From: Paraphysomonas bandaiensis
Lineage: Eukaryota > Protista > Chrysophyceae
Reading direction: 5' to 3'
DNA length: 64,000 bases
NCBI GenBank assembly: GCA_965644295.1
Contig: CBFFRP010000284.1
Location: forward strand, 124,001-188,000
Part shown: positions 1-12,567 of the stretch, piece by piece
How the letters are laid out: each line of letters opens with the position of its first letter
Position numbering within the stretch: the first letter of the stretch is position 1
Notes under the pieces: model-generated
The model's database searches: none
The model's input: the letters and a program-made list of their open reading frames with translations, nothing else
What the model was told of the DNA's origin: nothing
Position numbers and translations under genes: made by a program

Positions 1-265
1 TGACAACTATGTTAGATACACTTTCTGAATATGAAAAATTCCCAACCTCGCTCGTTTTCACCAGAATAAAACTTCTGAAAAATTTGAATAGCTTCATCCT
101 GCAGTATTCCAGACTCAATTTCATAAGGAGAAGGACTACATCACTGGTGAGTCATGTTTCAAGTTGCCATTTGCATTACCTCTCATGGTGAAGAGACAGA
201 ATCGATCCATTTCCTCCAAATCGTGTATTATGACAACCAAATATAACTTTCCGTACACCTACTCT
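1..265 (-). repeat. Exact direct duplicate of 1119-1383 (3' part of the ADAT2 gene); partial tandem duplication with a 1118-bp period
   Basis: 1-265 matches 1119-1383; ORFs 9..191 and 1070..1309 give the same peptide at offset 1118. Identity ends at CTCT, where the sequence switches into the retroposon. Confidence 0.9.
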
Positions 266-780
266 GGGAAATTAACGTGAGCCGCAAACATAGACCGCAG
301 ATATTCTTCTTCCCAGTCATAACGGAATGCTTGTGTGGTACAAGAGGCACCAATAAGTAAGTGTCACTTGTGTAGAGTGTAGAGTGTAGACGTCGTTGGG
401 CCCTGACGAATAAACAGGCATCTGGGATCTGGCACAGAGCCCACCTCTAGGCATCTGGGGTATTGGACTGTCTACTGAAGTCAAGCATCCAGGCTGTTTG
501 CTGTTCACCTCAAGAACTCAAAAAAACTGAAGTCAGCAGATGTCAGGTATATGAACATACTGCTTTCTCACTGCCTTTGCTTTGAGTGATGGAGTGAAAG
601 TAGTTGCACCTTGGTGCTTTCGGCGACGCACTAGCAGATTCCGTAGTTACAGGTTAGTTAGTTACAGGTGAGTTTGTACTAGTTAGTTACAGGTAGACGT
701 CTATCTAGTTTGACTAGTTTTCATCTAGCTACTAAGCTGGTGCTGAATCTTAACGCCTATTGCTAATAAGAAGACTTTCA
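262..780 (+). mobile_element. Ingi-like short non-autonomous retroposon, copy 1 (long subfamily, 5' end lost at the duplication junction)
   Basis: Colinear with 7343-7827 from CTCTGGGAAA-TAACGTGAGCCGC to TAATAAG-AAGACTTTC. Carries a ~80-nt internal segment (CTGAAGTCAGCAGATG...) shared with the 54.6k, 55.3k and 62.4k copies. Confidence 0.85.
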
Positions 781-1064
781 ATAACAGACCTTGGTGTTTT
801 AGTTGTTAATTTCGATAAACTGCAAGGAACCTCTAACTAACTAAGAAAACTCAACTTAAACGCCTTCTTTAGTTAGACAATCCTATAATAAAGATAGAAA
901 AGCAGAGCATTTAGTGGCCTCGTGCTCTGATATTGGTACCAGGTAAATGGTTGATATTAAAGTTGAACGTCATCTCAGGACAAGAACGATGCAATGATAA
1001 CGACTACTAACATGGTTCCAAAACAGTTAGTGTGTTACTATTACAATTTACAGAACCAAGTCAG

Positions 1065-1846
<782 letters not shown>

Positions 1847-2537
1847 GCTGTATATACGCGCTACGACTCTACAGATCTCGAGAAACCACTACTCAAACAA
1901 TGAATCCACGTCTAGATAGAGTATCACAGTGCTGTCTATATGAGTCATGAGATGGAGGAAGAATGGCCACTCTCTGTGTACACCTGGTACAGCAGTGATC
2001 AGCTGTCATTGTGTATGTACTGCTGTATGTGTGTGTCGGTATTTATAGATGTACATGAGTACGTACATTATGTAGGTACGCAGGTTGCTTTTTGGAAAGA
2101 ATTTTACCACTTCATACAAAATTTTGACCTGAAAATTTAGATGTATAAGTATTTTTTTCGTTCCAGAAAAATCTACACAGCAACTCATTTTCCCCATCAC
2201 CTATTTTTCCTACATTGTAGTTCAAATGAATCGCCAACCACCACAAACGATCGATCCAGATCCAACCCGACACCTTTCGTTTCCTCTGCACTTCCTCTTC
2301 CTCTTCCTCTCATATGGAGCTCATCTCACTAGGAGTTTCTCTATATTAAAGTAGAATATACACTGAGATATATAAGTAGAACAATTTAAGATAGATCACT
2401 TATAAATACCCCTCTATCTGATTATATTTCTTATAGTCTGAACTTACGCATGTTTGTTCATGAGGGCATGCAGTAGATTATAAGGATCTTAGTGGCGTAT
2501 CTTATCTTGCGAGATCTCAGTTTATATTTGAATCGTC

Positions 2538-5500
2538 ATGGATGATGGATGCTCCAATGAGACTAATCCATCAATCACTTTCCAGACGACATCAAGCTGT
2601 GGGTCAGTGCGGAGGTCTCAGAGGAATCCTAATGATGCTCTTCTAACTCGATCAGATGTCAAAAGACTCGTAGAGAAAGTTAAAGGGTACAGTGCCGCGG
2701 CCGCTGTTCGTTATTTGTGTTTTAATTGTAGTTGTTTTTAGAAATCATCCGGATACAGTGGTGTTTAAAATTAAGGAGATGATAATGGCGGATATCAGCC
2801 CGGCTGTGTTTGATCAAGTGCTGCTGTCTTTTGAAAAAAACACTGTGTGTCAGGCGATGTACATACAAAACCTTTCACTCGCGATTCGCGACGAACAGCT
2901 TCGACACTTAATTGAACTGTTGAAAACCAAAATGATATGGTGCTTAAATATTGGTGAAAATTATGAAGTGTCGAAGTCCTGTTGGTTGGAGTTTTGCAAT
3001 GCCTTGCCTTCTACCAACATAACGCACCTATACGTCTCCGAGCATGTGATTCCAATTGAGCTTAAGAACAAGATGCGAGAAAATATTCGGTGAGTATTAA
3101 GTTGTATTGTTGTTTAGATTCTTGAGTGATATACCTGCATAGAAATAACCGTAAAAAGCACGACATGCATTCTTCGATCCGTAATATAAAGGTTATATCG
3201 CGGTGTACCAATATGTGGTGGAACCCGATCAATGCCATCAAGCATCAGATAGAAAGCCTTGGGTCTTATGGAAGTGGAGCTAAGACCAAAAAACAAAAGG
3301 CTGATGCTGGAGAGAGAACCGTTTCCGCGGCTCAATTGCTAAGTGAGAACCCATCCCATCCTGCGTACTGGGCAGAAGGGTGCGGAGGTAAAGGGGCAGA
3401 AACGCCCTGGACCTTCAACTGCATATGCAAGGAAATGTGTTCTTCCTATGAGAACTATCGGTATCATCCCACCGGCCCCATGTATGAGTGCACTGACTGT
3501 AAGGTCTGGAGTCATACTGAGTGCATGCTGGGTAAGGTTAGCAATGAGGACCTAGAAGAGCTTACGGTGAGCATGTCGCTGCTACTCTCTCTGTTGTTTA
3601 ATGCTATTCATGAAAGGTGTTGCATTGCAAAAAGTGTGCTGCACGAGTCCGACGACAGAACTTGGCTGTATTACGAGGGATGAATATGGAATGGAAAGAT
3701 GGTCGCGCTAGAAGCAACAGCAGCCTGTCAAACTGTGAGGGTACTCTTGAAGCTGATCGCTGTAAAACAGAGTGCGATGTTGGTCACAGTAATGGCGGGA
3801 ACGAGAATGTTGACAAGCACAACGAGGGAAAGGTAGAGGCCTCCGTAACACAGGGGGGAAGTGGCACAGAGTCCCTTGGTAAGCGAGGGGATTGTGATCA
3901 TTCGTTATTATCAGACGCAACGTCGGACCTTCCGATACCTACCGCAGTGGATTCTCCGACGAAGAGATACAGGCCTACACCTAATCCACATGATAATGTA
4001 CACACGAAGCCACTTCCTATGTTTACTGACTTCCATTTGGACACGTGTGCCGCAACTAATTCACTCTGTGAGGAGCCCGAGCTTGCTCGCAGCGAAGATA
4101 TATCTGGATCTACGGATATAGCAGAATCATACTTTGAGAGAGACTGTGCTGTGAGCATGACTTCACCGATCACTGCCACAAGCAGCCCTCAGCTCCACCC
4201 AAGCAATATGGAGCTGGATGTAACGGATATAACCTTACCTGCACCTGCGGTTTTGGATTGCAACCCAGTGGTTACAGGCCCTGATCGAACCACATGCTCT
4301 GATACTCCCGCTCTCACCCTCACCGTGCCTGAATTGACAGCACAGCAGTCTATATTATCTGTAGAGTCGGAGCCGATTGCTCCAGAGTGTGACGTGGATA
4401 CGAAGTTGCTGACCTCGGGTGTGGCAAATATGAGAACAGGTGATGTTGATGCATCTACTGCATCCGACAGAAATTCTGGGACCACACCGGCCTCTGCGAA
4501 TGCGATATCTACTGTACCAACTGGCCACATATCAGGCGGTCCAATTTTGTCAACAACTGCCCCGTCGTCTTCGTCATCTTCAACATCTTTTCTTTCTGAC
4601 AGCAGAATGCTGTTGAGCACAACTCACACAGCATCTCCGCAGCAATCGCTGCAGAAAGGAATTAATGGCGGAGGGGCTTTCCCTCTACTGACTTCTATCC
4701 TCTCCGCCACAGGGGCAGGAAATGGAAGTCCTGTACCAGGCGATGCTGGAGGAGTAGCGGATATGTCGTACTACCCACTCCGTGATCTCACTAGTCTCAC
4801 ACCAACCATGGACACAATCCCGACCACGTTAAGCACAGTATCTACCGCTGCCGTTACTGCCCCAACACGAAAACTCTCTGTATCATCTCCGTCTAAAACT
4901 GCTCGGTCGAGGTCAGGTAGTGGACAGTCAGTTCGCAGCGCTCAAGGGAGCAAAAACAATTTTGGTTTTGACTCATCCAAAAATGGTTGTCAGACGACTA
5001 TCAATGGAAAGGACGTCGCCGAAAAGAAATCCGGTAGTAGTGCAGCCGCAAGTAGCTCTCGAAAGAAAAGTAACGGTGTGAAATCACCTACAGGAGCTAA
5101 GACTTCTAGAAAGTCATCGACAGGAACGACAAAGGCCAGAGCTGCAACTTTGGATGGTTCTACGACAACGAGTAAGACAACAAATAGAACTGGACAGCTC
5201 GATGCGGGTGTCGGAAAGTACAGCAACGATTCTGTGAAGCATATTAAGAAAGGGCCCGCCGCTGTCCAGGCTATTAAGTCAGAGCTGATCAGAGTTAGTA
5301 GTGCTGTGGCGAACAACGCACACCCTTCAATGACTTTGTCTGAAGCTACTTCGGCGTCGATCAGTCAGGGACAGCCGCGAGATGCTCCTACATCGTCTTC
5401 ATCGAATCAAACCGTTGATCGGGCGGCGGGCCCCACACCAGCCAATTCTGATACAGGAGGCAGTCTAAGTAATGTGAGATCTCTTGTTGATACAATTGTG

Positions 5501-6667
5501 AATGGTGCCATGGTAGTTGCGAACTCAAGGGCTGCTAGTACCATGAAATCTACCGATGATGCCTCGGCAGCGAGTTTGTTGAATGGTAACGAAAGTGGAA
5601 TATCCACAGATGACAAATCGCCGAAAACATGTACTAGCAAGACTGCCTCAAAGCAAAGAGCGGGCTATACGGGTAGGAAAAAAACGGATGCATCTCTGAA
5701 CGGGTCAAGCTCAGACTGTGGCTCTCTACAAGCTTCTGGTAGTGATTTACCTGTTCAAGACGCTAAGAATCAGGAGCCAAGTCGTACTAAGAATTCAGGG
5801 AAGAACTCATGTAAATCTGCATGTACCTCCCCAAGGTCGATAGGTGCGCAGAAGAAGGAGCCGAAAACTACCACTGTTGAATTTGCTCTAAAGTCGCAAG
5901 TATCGGGATCGGTTCCTCCTTTTAAGAAAAAGCGTACTTCCAAAGGAGCCAATTTCCGAATGTTTACACGTGTTTGGCTTCCTGCTTTCAAGATGGAGGG
6001 TAAGATCGTTGAAGAGAAAAATGGAGGATGGAAATACGTGCAATTTGATGTAGGTATTCCTCTTCCTCTACCACCGTCACTTGCATCATTTGTGCCCCAT
6101 TCCCCTCGTTTAAATAAGGGAGTCTTAGATGGCAAGTGGTGTCGTGCATGTGACATGGAGGAGATAGCATGCAATGGCAATAATGGCGCATCGAAAGCAG
6201 ACTCTAAAAGCTGTGATAGATATGGTAGCGATGAGGATGGGGATAATGACAGCACTCGAAGCGATTGTGAGGATGGCAACGTATCGAGCAACATGGGTAG
6301 AAATGGGGGAAGTTACCGCTTTCACTCAGCAGGGTCTAGGTATGACGACCATGTTCCTGGGGAAGACATGGAAACTGGCGAAACGGACGACACGGAATTC
6401 AGTGTGATGAAACGAAAGCGTGATAGGGCAGATAGTATGGATGCTGGGAGTAGCGTGTTCTTCAACAGCAGCATGAGTCCATCTGAGCGCGAGGTCGTCT
6501 TTGCACTTGGTATGAATACTAATCTTGAAGATTCGATGACTGGTAGGGGAGTGTCTGTTGCGATGGGCAGCGCAGCCACCATGGATGATGTGGGTTGGCA
6601 TGCAGTGAATGTTATGGAATATGGCGGTTTTGGTCTTGACGATGAACCCGATGACTGGAACCTATGA
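2538..6667 (+). CDS. PHD-finger protein with an N-terminal LRR-like region and a long Ser/Thr-rich disordered tail (4 exons)
   Basis: Introns ~2687-2741, 3090-3142 and 3567-3616 join the ORFs in frame and build the PHD pattern CICK...ECTDCKVWSHTEC...|VLHCKKC. A small beta-rich segment FTRVWLPAFKMEGKIVEEKNGGWKYVQFD lies near the C-terminus. Confidence 0.8.
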
Positions 6668-7342
6668 ACGAGACATCGGAAGATGTTAGTATCCTGTTGT
6701 TATTGTCCCTTGTATATTAGTCGCTTTATCGTTAATTACCGACAAGAAAGAGTACATGTAGTTAGCATTTTACGACAGGTTTTAGCGCCACGCCCTCATA
6801 CCATCCTTATCCATTGTGTTAATTAGTGCCCTACACTTGAGTAATAATGCAAAAATGCGAAAGCATATTTAATATCAACCTTGGTGGCACTTTCGTTTGT
6901 AGTGGGTGAAGCGCGAAAATGAAACAGAAAATGATAACTGTTTAGAGTTTTGCCCATTTTATCACTGGGATCGTTGAACGGAAGTTAACTCTTCAGACTA
7001 GACAGGTTTTTCTTTTGCATACACAATTGTGCCATTGCATGAAGTACATCGCAACATAGTTTTAGCTGTGATATAGCAACCACTGTTGAATTATTGTATC
7101 TGCAATTGTCATGATGTATTTAACGAATGGGATATATTATTGGACCTAGCCCAGTAGACGCAATAAAGTGGTGTAAAAACCTAAGTAAATATTCATATTT
7201 GCAATTAACACTTTTACTAGGTAGACTAGATGTTTATAGCAGGGCTGCGTAACAATTAATTGCAATTATTAGCTATAGCTCGCGCAAGTTTTATTGCAAT
7301 TAATTGCAATTTAATAGTGCCAAATTAACTTAATTACTTATT

Positions 7343-7429
7343 CCCTCAACAAAGTCGGACTCGCACCTTTTCGTGGTGTTCTGGGGGATAAGTACCGGAG
7401 TTATTTCTCTGGGAAACTAACGTGAGCCG
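7343..7429 (+). ncRNA. Putative HDV-like (L1Tc/ingi signature-type) ribozyme at the retroposon 5' end
   Basis: P1 CCCTCAAC/GTTCTGGG (2 mismatches); P2 CGG-A-CTCGC/GTGAGCCG; P3 ACC/GGT with L3 TTTTCGT; P4 CCGGAG/CTCTGG; J4/2 CTAA with candidate catalytic C at 7417. Confidence 0.6.
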
Positions 7430-7827
7430 CAAGCATAGTCAGCAGATATTCTTCTGCCCACTCATAGCCGAATGCTTGTGTGGCACAAGGGACACCAATA
7501 AGTGTCACTTGTGTAGACGTCTTTGGGTCCTGACGAATAAACAGGCATCCGGGACAGGGCCCACCTGAAGGGTAATAACCGGGGTATTGGGCTGCCTGCT
7601 GAAGTCAAGCATCCGGGATGTTCACCTTAAGAACTCAGAGCGGAAGTGGCCGCACCTTGGTGCTTGCGGCGACGCACAAGCAGCTTCCGTAGCGTTAAAT
7701 AGTAGGATAAAAAAAGTGTGTACTGATTAGTTACATGTAGACGTCTAACTAGTTTGTCTAGCACTCATCTAGCTACTAAGTTGGTGCAGGTTTTTAACGC
7801 CTATTGCTAATAATAAGACTTTCCATA
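7343..7827 (+). mobile_element. Ingi-like short retroposon, copy 2 (full length, 485 bp), nested in the hAT element
   Basis: Starts CCCTCAAC and ends AGACTTTCCATA. 12-bp TSD TAATTACTTATT (7331-7342) / TAATTACTCATT (7828-7839). Confidence 0.9.
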
Positions 7828-7830
7828 TAA

Positions 7831-8230
7831 TTACTCATTACGAGCAAGTCTAGAATCTTTAATCGTACTTGAATTCCACAGAAATTTATTAAAGCGCAAG
7901 AACATAGGGGACTCTAATCGATGAGGTGCCATAGATTTGCGCAGATCACTCATGTTAATTTTTGCTCTACAAAACACCCTTTCTACACAAATAGTAGTGG
8001 AGTAAATATGCTTCAAGCAGCGGTACTTAGTTAGTTTTTGGTAGTTTGCAGTCGGTTTTGTTCTTGGTGCGCTTGGTGTCTTCTCGCCAGTGAGTCAACA
8101 CCATCATCTTCTTTTTTCTCTCCTTCATCAGTTATGTCCAACAAAAAACGTTTGAGTTGCGCCTTCTCAGGTCGAGTGAGAGTGTCCTCCAACCCGCTTT
8201 GGACTTTCACGACCGTACAAAGAACGCAGT
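7831..8230 (-). pseudogene. hAT transposase C-terminal (dimerisation domain) remnant
   Basis: TTICVERVFCRAKINMSDLRKSMAPHRLESPMFLRFNKFLW fits the hAT dimerisation consensus (S..ERxFS.A......R..L.P...E...FL..N). Upstream VVKVQSGLEDTLTRPEK is in a shifted frame. Confidence 0.75.
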
Positions 8231-9914
8231 ACTTCTCTTAATGTAATGATATTTATAAGGAGAGGACAACCTCTTCCCACCATTTGAATAGCCGTTATTA
8301 TAGCCATTCAGGGTGATGGCCATTACAAGGGCAATCATTGGCTATTGACCTAGATGTTTTCCAAGTTCTAATTCTAATATTTTATTTATGTCCAAATACA
8401 TATAGCAAATAATTTCCTATTAATTGCAATTTAATAGCAACCTTCCAGCGAGCATTATATATTATAATTGCAATGATTAGTATGTTCCATGTAATTTAAT
8501 TGCATTCAATTAATTGTTACGTAGCGCTGGTTTATGGTATTCGCCAAGTCAGAAGTCAGAATTACTAATTTTCACTCAAGCATGGAAGCAGAGTGTAAGT
8601 ATCAGTTGATGACACAGATATTATATAGTATACATGCAATACGTTACATTTAATCTTCGAATTCTAATGAGAATTGGGCAGTTTATTGTGGCCAAGTCCA
8701 GTGAGTAGATCTGCAGCTTCCACAGGCATCGAACCCCGCACACTTTGGATGGGCAAGAAGGATGTCATCAGGGTCAACAGAGAGTAGATACTGTCACCGA
8801 AGAGTTTCTCTATGCTTGTAATTAGGCACTATATACGCTATAACCTACCATTCTCGAGCTCATCCTTGTATTTGTTTCTAACAACTGACGGTGAATTATC
8901 GGCGGGCCTCATTGGTTGTTCCCCGAGTACAAAATAGTTCGATTCTTGCGCATAAACCATGAGCCATACTTGGAGTTCTTATTCCCGAAATTTGAAAGTT
9001 GCTTCCAGTCTAAACTACTATTCGCTATCATACCCGAGATCGACATCTCTTTTTAATCATGGTCATATTTACTCAATCTATATCGCCATTACTAGCAACA
9101 AATACAATCAGATCTTAGAAAGTAAAGTGAGGATCTTATATCTTATACAGTCAGAATATTTCACATAATATATCATAATATGAATATATATGTTATATTA
9201 AGAGACTATACATACATGCGTAGAGTACTGTTTGAGCTGGCGATACATAGAATATAAAATATAAAAAATAATACCAAAAATAGGCTTTTTTCTTATTTTC
9301 CGAATTATTTATATCCATTTTACACCCTACAGTTGAGAATCTTCTCTTATATGGCTATCATAGTATTGATTGCAATATATTGTGAGCTACTTTAACAGAA
9401 ACAATGTTGATGGGAATTTTGGCCGGTCGACCAATCAATATATTGTAGAATGTATTGCAATTCAATATATTGTTTTCTCGCCTTGTATCTTATCATCTTC
9501 TCATTAATTCATGTACATTAGTTCATGTAGTTCTGGTGTCAATTGCTGTAGTATTCAACTAGCGGTCAAAATTCAAATCCCTTTAATACATATTTTAATT
9601 GCTTACGAATAGGCAAACTCAACACGGAAAACGAGATGATTTTGAAAGTAAAATGTATATAATCCCAACGAGATCTCAACGATATATAGCGAGATGGACG
9701 CAAACCAACACATTAGTACTTCGCCGGTGTATTACCATAATATACATATGATGTATATATTATTATTAAAAACTAAGCCAACTGCAACAGGTACGAAATA
9801 TACTGCTGCAATACCAGGTTGGTCACTGAACTATGCCAATACTACGAACAACATTACATAAAGCAGTTCTTGTTTCTAAATTCAAAAGGAGAATAGCATA
9901 TACGCTTAACTACC

Positions 9915-10712
9915 CTATATATATGTATCGATTCCACTAAGAAATGGGTGTGATCCATAGGTGTTGTTGTGTTCTGTGCAAAACCTTTTCGGGTCACGTA
10001 CATTCCTGCGAAAATGAGTACACCACTCCCGGAATATAGTAAGCCAATCATCAGCAGAATCTGCCCACGTTAGGTAATATTTATTGTCGCCGAATGCGAT
10101 AGGAACAATGGCACCACCTGCATCTAAATCCAGAAAGGAAACTACACCATGTAAAACACCGGGCCAGTTTGGTTTGAATATATCATCGACCATAATCAGG
10201 CCTCCTGGAGACAACACCGAGAACGCTAACGCCAAGTCATGCCTCGTACAGTCATACGAGTGACACCCATCTATACTGAACAATGAAACACGGCGGCCAT
10301 TTAACAGTTCGCTAATATCTTTTTCACTCATTGCCAGTGAATCGCCCTGATGAATCACGATGTTACTCATATTTAGAGTGCAGTGATCTTTCAAATTTTG
10401 TGTAAATATATGTAAACTTCCATTACCAGAGTGATCATGATTTAAATGCTGCATATCAAAAACATCAATTGCAACCGCAAGGGCTGTGTCGGGGAGATGG
10501 TTGGCCATATGAATAAACGATTTGCCGTGATGGACTCCTATCTCAACTATAGTGTCCAGTTTACCGCGATCTCTCATCACTTTCATTAGATGCCCAACAG
10601 TGTGTGAGGCTACGTACCAGCCCCCCACATTGGGAGGACGAATAGATAGAGCTGTCCGAATATACGATGTGAAGCATAGGATCCACAGTAAGACACTTCT
10701 AATAGACGACAT
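9915..10712 (-). CDS. Class I SAM-dependent methyltransferase (Methyltransf_24-like) with an N-terminal signal/anchor, intronless
   Basis: VEIGVHHGKSF, AIDVF, SIDGCHSY...DL, LSPGGLIMVDD...WPGV motifs; hydrophobic N-terminus. Confidence 0.85.
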   Translation of the reverse strand: MSSIRSVLLWILCFTSYIRTALSIRPPNVGGWYVASHTVGHLMKVMRDRGKLDTIVEIGVHHGKSFIHMANHLPDTALAVAIDVFDMQHLNHDHSGNGSLHIFTQNLKDHCTLNMSNIVIHQGDSLAMSEKDISELLNGRRVSLFSIDGCHSYDCTRHDLALAFSVLSPGGLIMVDDIFKPNWPGVLHGVVSFLDLDAGGAIVPIAFGDNKYYLTWADSADDWLTIFREWCTHFRRNVRDPKRFCTEHNNTYGSHPFLSGIDTYI

Positions 10713-11080
10713 TGACCTCCACTCTATACCACGAGACTCTATACGATTACGGTTGAGCTATTATCTCTATGCGTTAGTTACCTCCAGACGTATGTGTGAA
10801 TTGGATACCGCTCCTCTCCTGAAAATGGGGGTGGAGGGGACGTCAAGTGAGGGTATTGTGGGAGAGGGTGACGCTGGTCGTGTGTCATATGAATATGTGT
10901 ATAGCGTATGGTGATGTGTGGGTGTGTCAAAAGCCCTGTGTTTTTTCCCCAAATTTTGAAAATTTGGACAATTGGTGTCATAGGGAATGACATAAAAGTG
11001 CTATTTTCTTGGGTGTTGTGTCAAAAAACTAAAAGATATGAGACCGATCCTCCGCACAGAGACAGGGCGTATTCATATTA

Positions 11081-11212
11081 TATTTCGGGAATATATTGAG
11101 GTAAAAATACTCTACATAACTGCAATACAACTACGGCTGGAATATTGAAAATTGTTGTCTCAATATTAGAGGCATCTTTGAACAAAAATATTCAAAGGAT
11201 GCCGATAAGGGC
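11081..11212 (+). repeat. ~130-bp dispersed repeat, copy A (copy B at 14833-14962)
   Basis: Shared core ATACAACTACGGCTG...AATTGTTGTCTCAATA...GAGGCATCTTTGAACAAAAATAT-CAAAG-ATGCC. Confidence 0.75.
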
Positions 11213-12567
11213 TTCAAGTTTGTCATTTGGCTGTTTCAAACCTTGTGTTGGGTTCACCCCTTATGAATAATAGATATCTACAATTCTGTCATTTGCTTTG
11301 TTGTTGAGGCTATAAGATCTGTTGTTGGGCGTGAGATGTGCAGTGGTGCTAGTTGTACCTTGCAATATAGAGCTCTGCAGCTCCCTGAGCGTATATTATT
11401 AATGTCCTTCATTCATCGGGCCAGTTAAGGTCGCAGTGAAGTGAGCGCCAACAATACAGTGTGTGCTGTATTTATGGTTTCGCGTGCAGCTATATGTGAT
11501 AGATAGGCGCCAAGTGATCTGTGTGGTGGGCACTCTATGTAGATGGGAACTAACTTCCCATATGTGGATACTTCGGAATAGTAATCCTGCTAGATGGGAC
11601 AGCACCAGCTGTATTTAACCCCGTATTTCTCTAAGGCCGAACCCGTGTATTGGTCCTCCATAACACTCATTAGTCCATATTAAGCGTAATGAGGCCCATG
11701 ATACCAATGACTGCCATAACGTTCATCCTAGCAATGGAAATTCTGTCTTAGCAAACTCGGCAACAATGAGGGTTGGAGTTAGTTTTGATGCTCATTTCAA
11801 GACTACACTCGTGTAGACATCATGATTATTGAATTTTGCTTATTTAGAAGCAATTAAAAAACTATATTTAAGGTTTCTGAATTATGACCGTTACTTGAAG
11901 AATGCAGTAGGTCAAAACAGTAGTACATGAATTAAAGAGATGATACGAATCATGTGAGAGAAACTGAACTATAAACGACTTTATAAAATCATAACTATCT
12001 AATATTAGAAAATTGATTGTTAGTGGTGACGATATAGATTTAGTGAATGATGAATGATGAGAGATATATATCACGATTTCAATTATTAAAGAGTGCAAGG
12101 TATTACAACTTCAGTGGCTTACTTCTAGTATAGAGTATTTGTTAAATTATTGTAAATATAGAGTAACAATGTAGAGATATATGATACGCATGATTTATGC
12201 TGATACGTCACAATGTTGATACAGTATGCAATGCATATGATATATATAGCATGTACAAAGCTTTAAAACTTTAACTAAAACTCAAGTATAGGAAACAAGT
12301 ATCAAGCATATTCAGTTATAAACATATCACAGATATCAGATATACATTATAAATTATAAAGCTAAGATCGACTATAAACGTAATCAATTTTAAGCACAGT
12401 AGACATAATTATTAGCGACACCAAGTAAAGGTGAACAACGCGGATTATCATATGACATATCGTTCTCTAATCTAATATTAATATACTATTTCAACATTAT
12501 ATTAAAATAGGCAGAAGCACAGAAGCACCACTTAGCATTATTATTTTAAAACAAACAATCCCAAAAT

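Larger units (their letters stand above)
7240..8529 (-). mobile_element. hAT-family DNA transposon deletion derivative
   Basis: TIRs: CAGGGCTGCGTAACAATTAATTG at 7240 vs the reverse complement of CAATTAATTGTTACGTAGCGCTG ending 8529 (21/23). 8-bp TSD GTTTATAG/GTTTATGG. Subterminal TAATTGCAAT repeats and an internal transposase C-terminal remnant. Confidence 0.85.

Noticed and set aside
9-191. Duplicated plus-strand ORF MLDTLSEYEK (also 1070..1309)
   Set aside because: It is the antisense shadow of ADAT2 exons and introns.
7515-7560. GTC...CTGACGA in the retroposon body resembling a hammerhead ribozyme core
   Set aside because: No stem I or II can be formed, there is no downstream GAAA, and CTGACGA is not conserved (CCGACGA in copy 3, TTGACGA in copy 7).
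9361-9412. Short similarity to ~49786-49846 (TATTGATTGCAA...GAGCTAC...AACAAT-TTGATGG)
   Set aside because: Probably a fragment of another old repeat, but too short and AT-rich to define boundaries or class.
11280-11800. Decayed coding-like DNA (faint LRR-like words); similar patches at ~8700-8960, ~34000-34650 and ~48950-49450
   Set aside because: No continuous frame or motif that I could identify with confidence.
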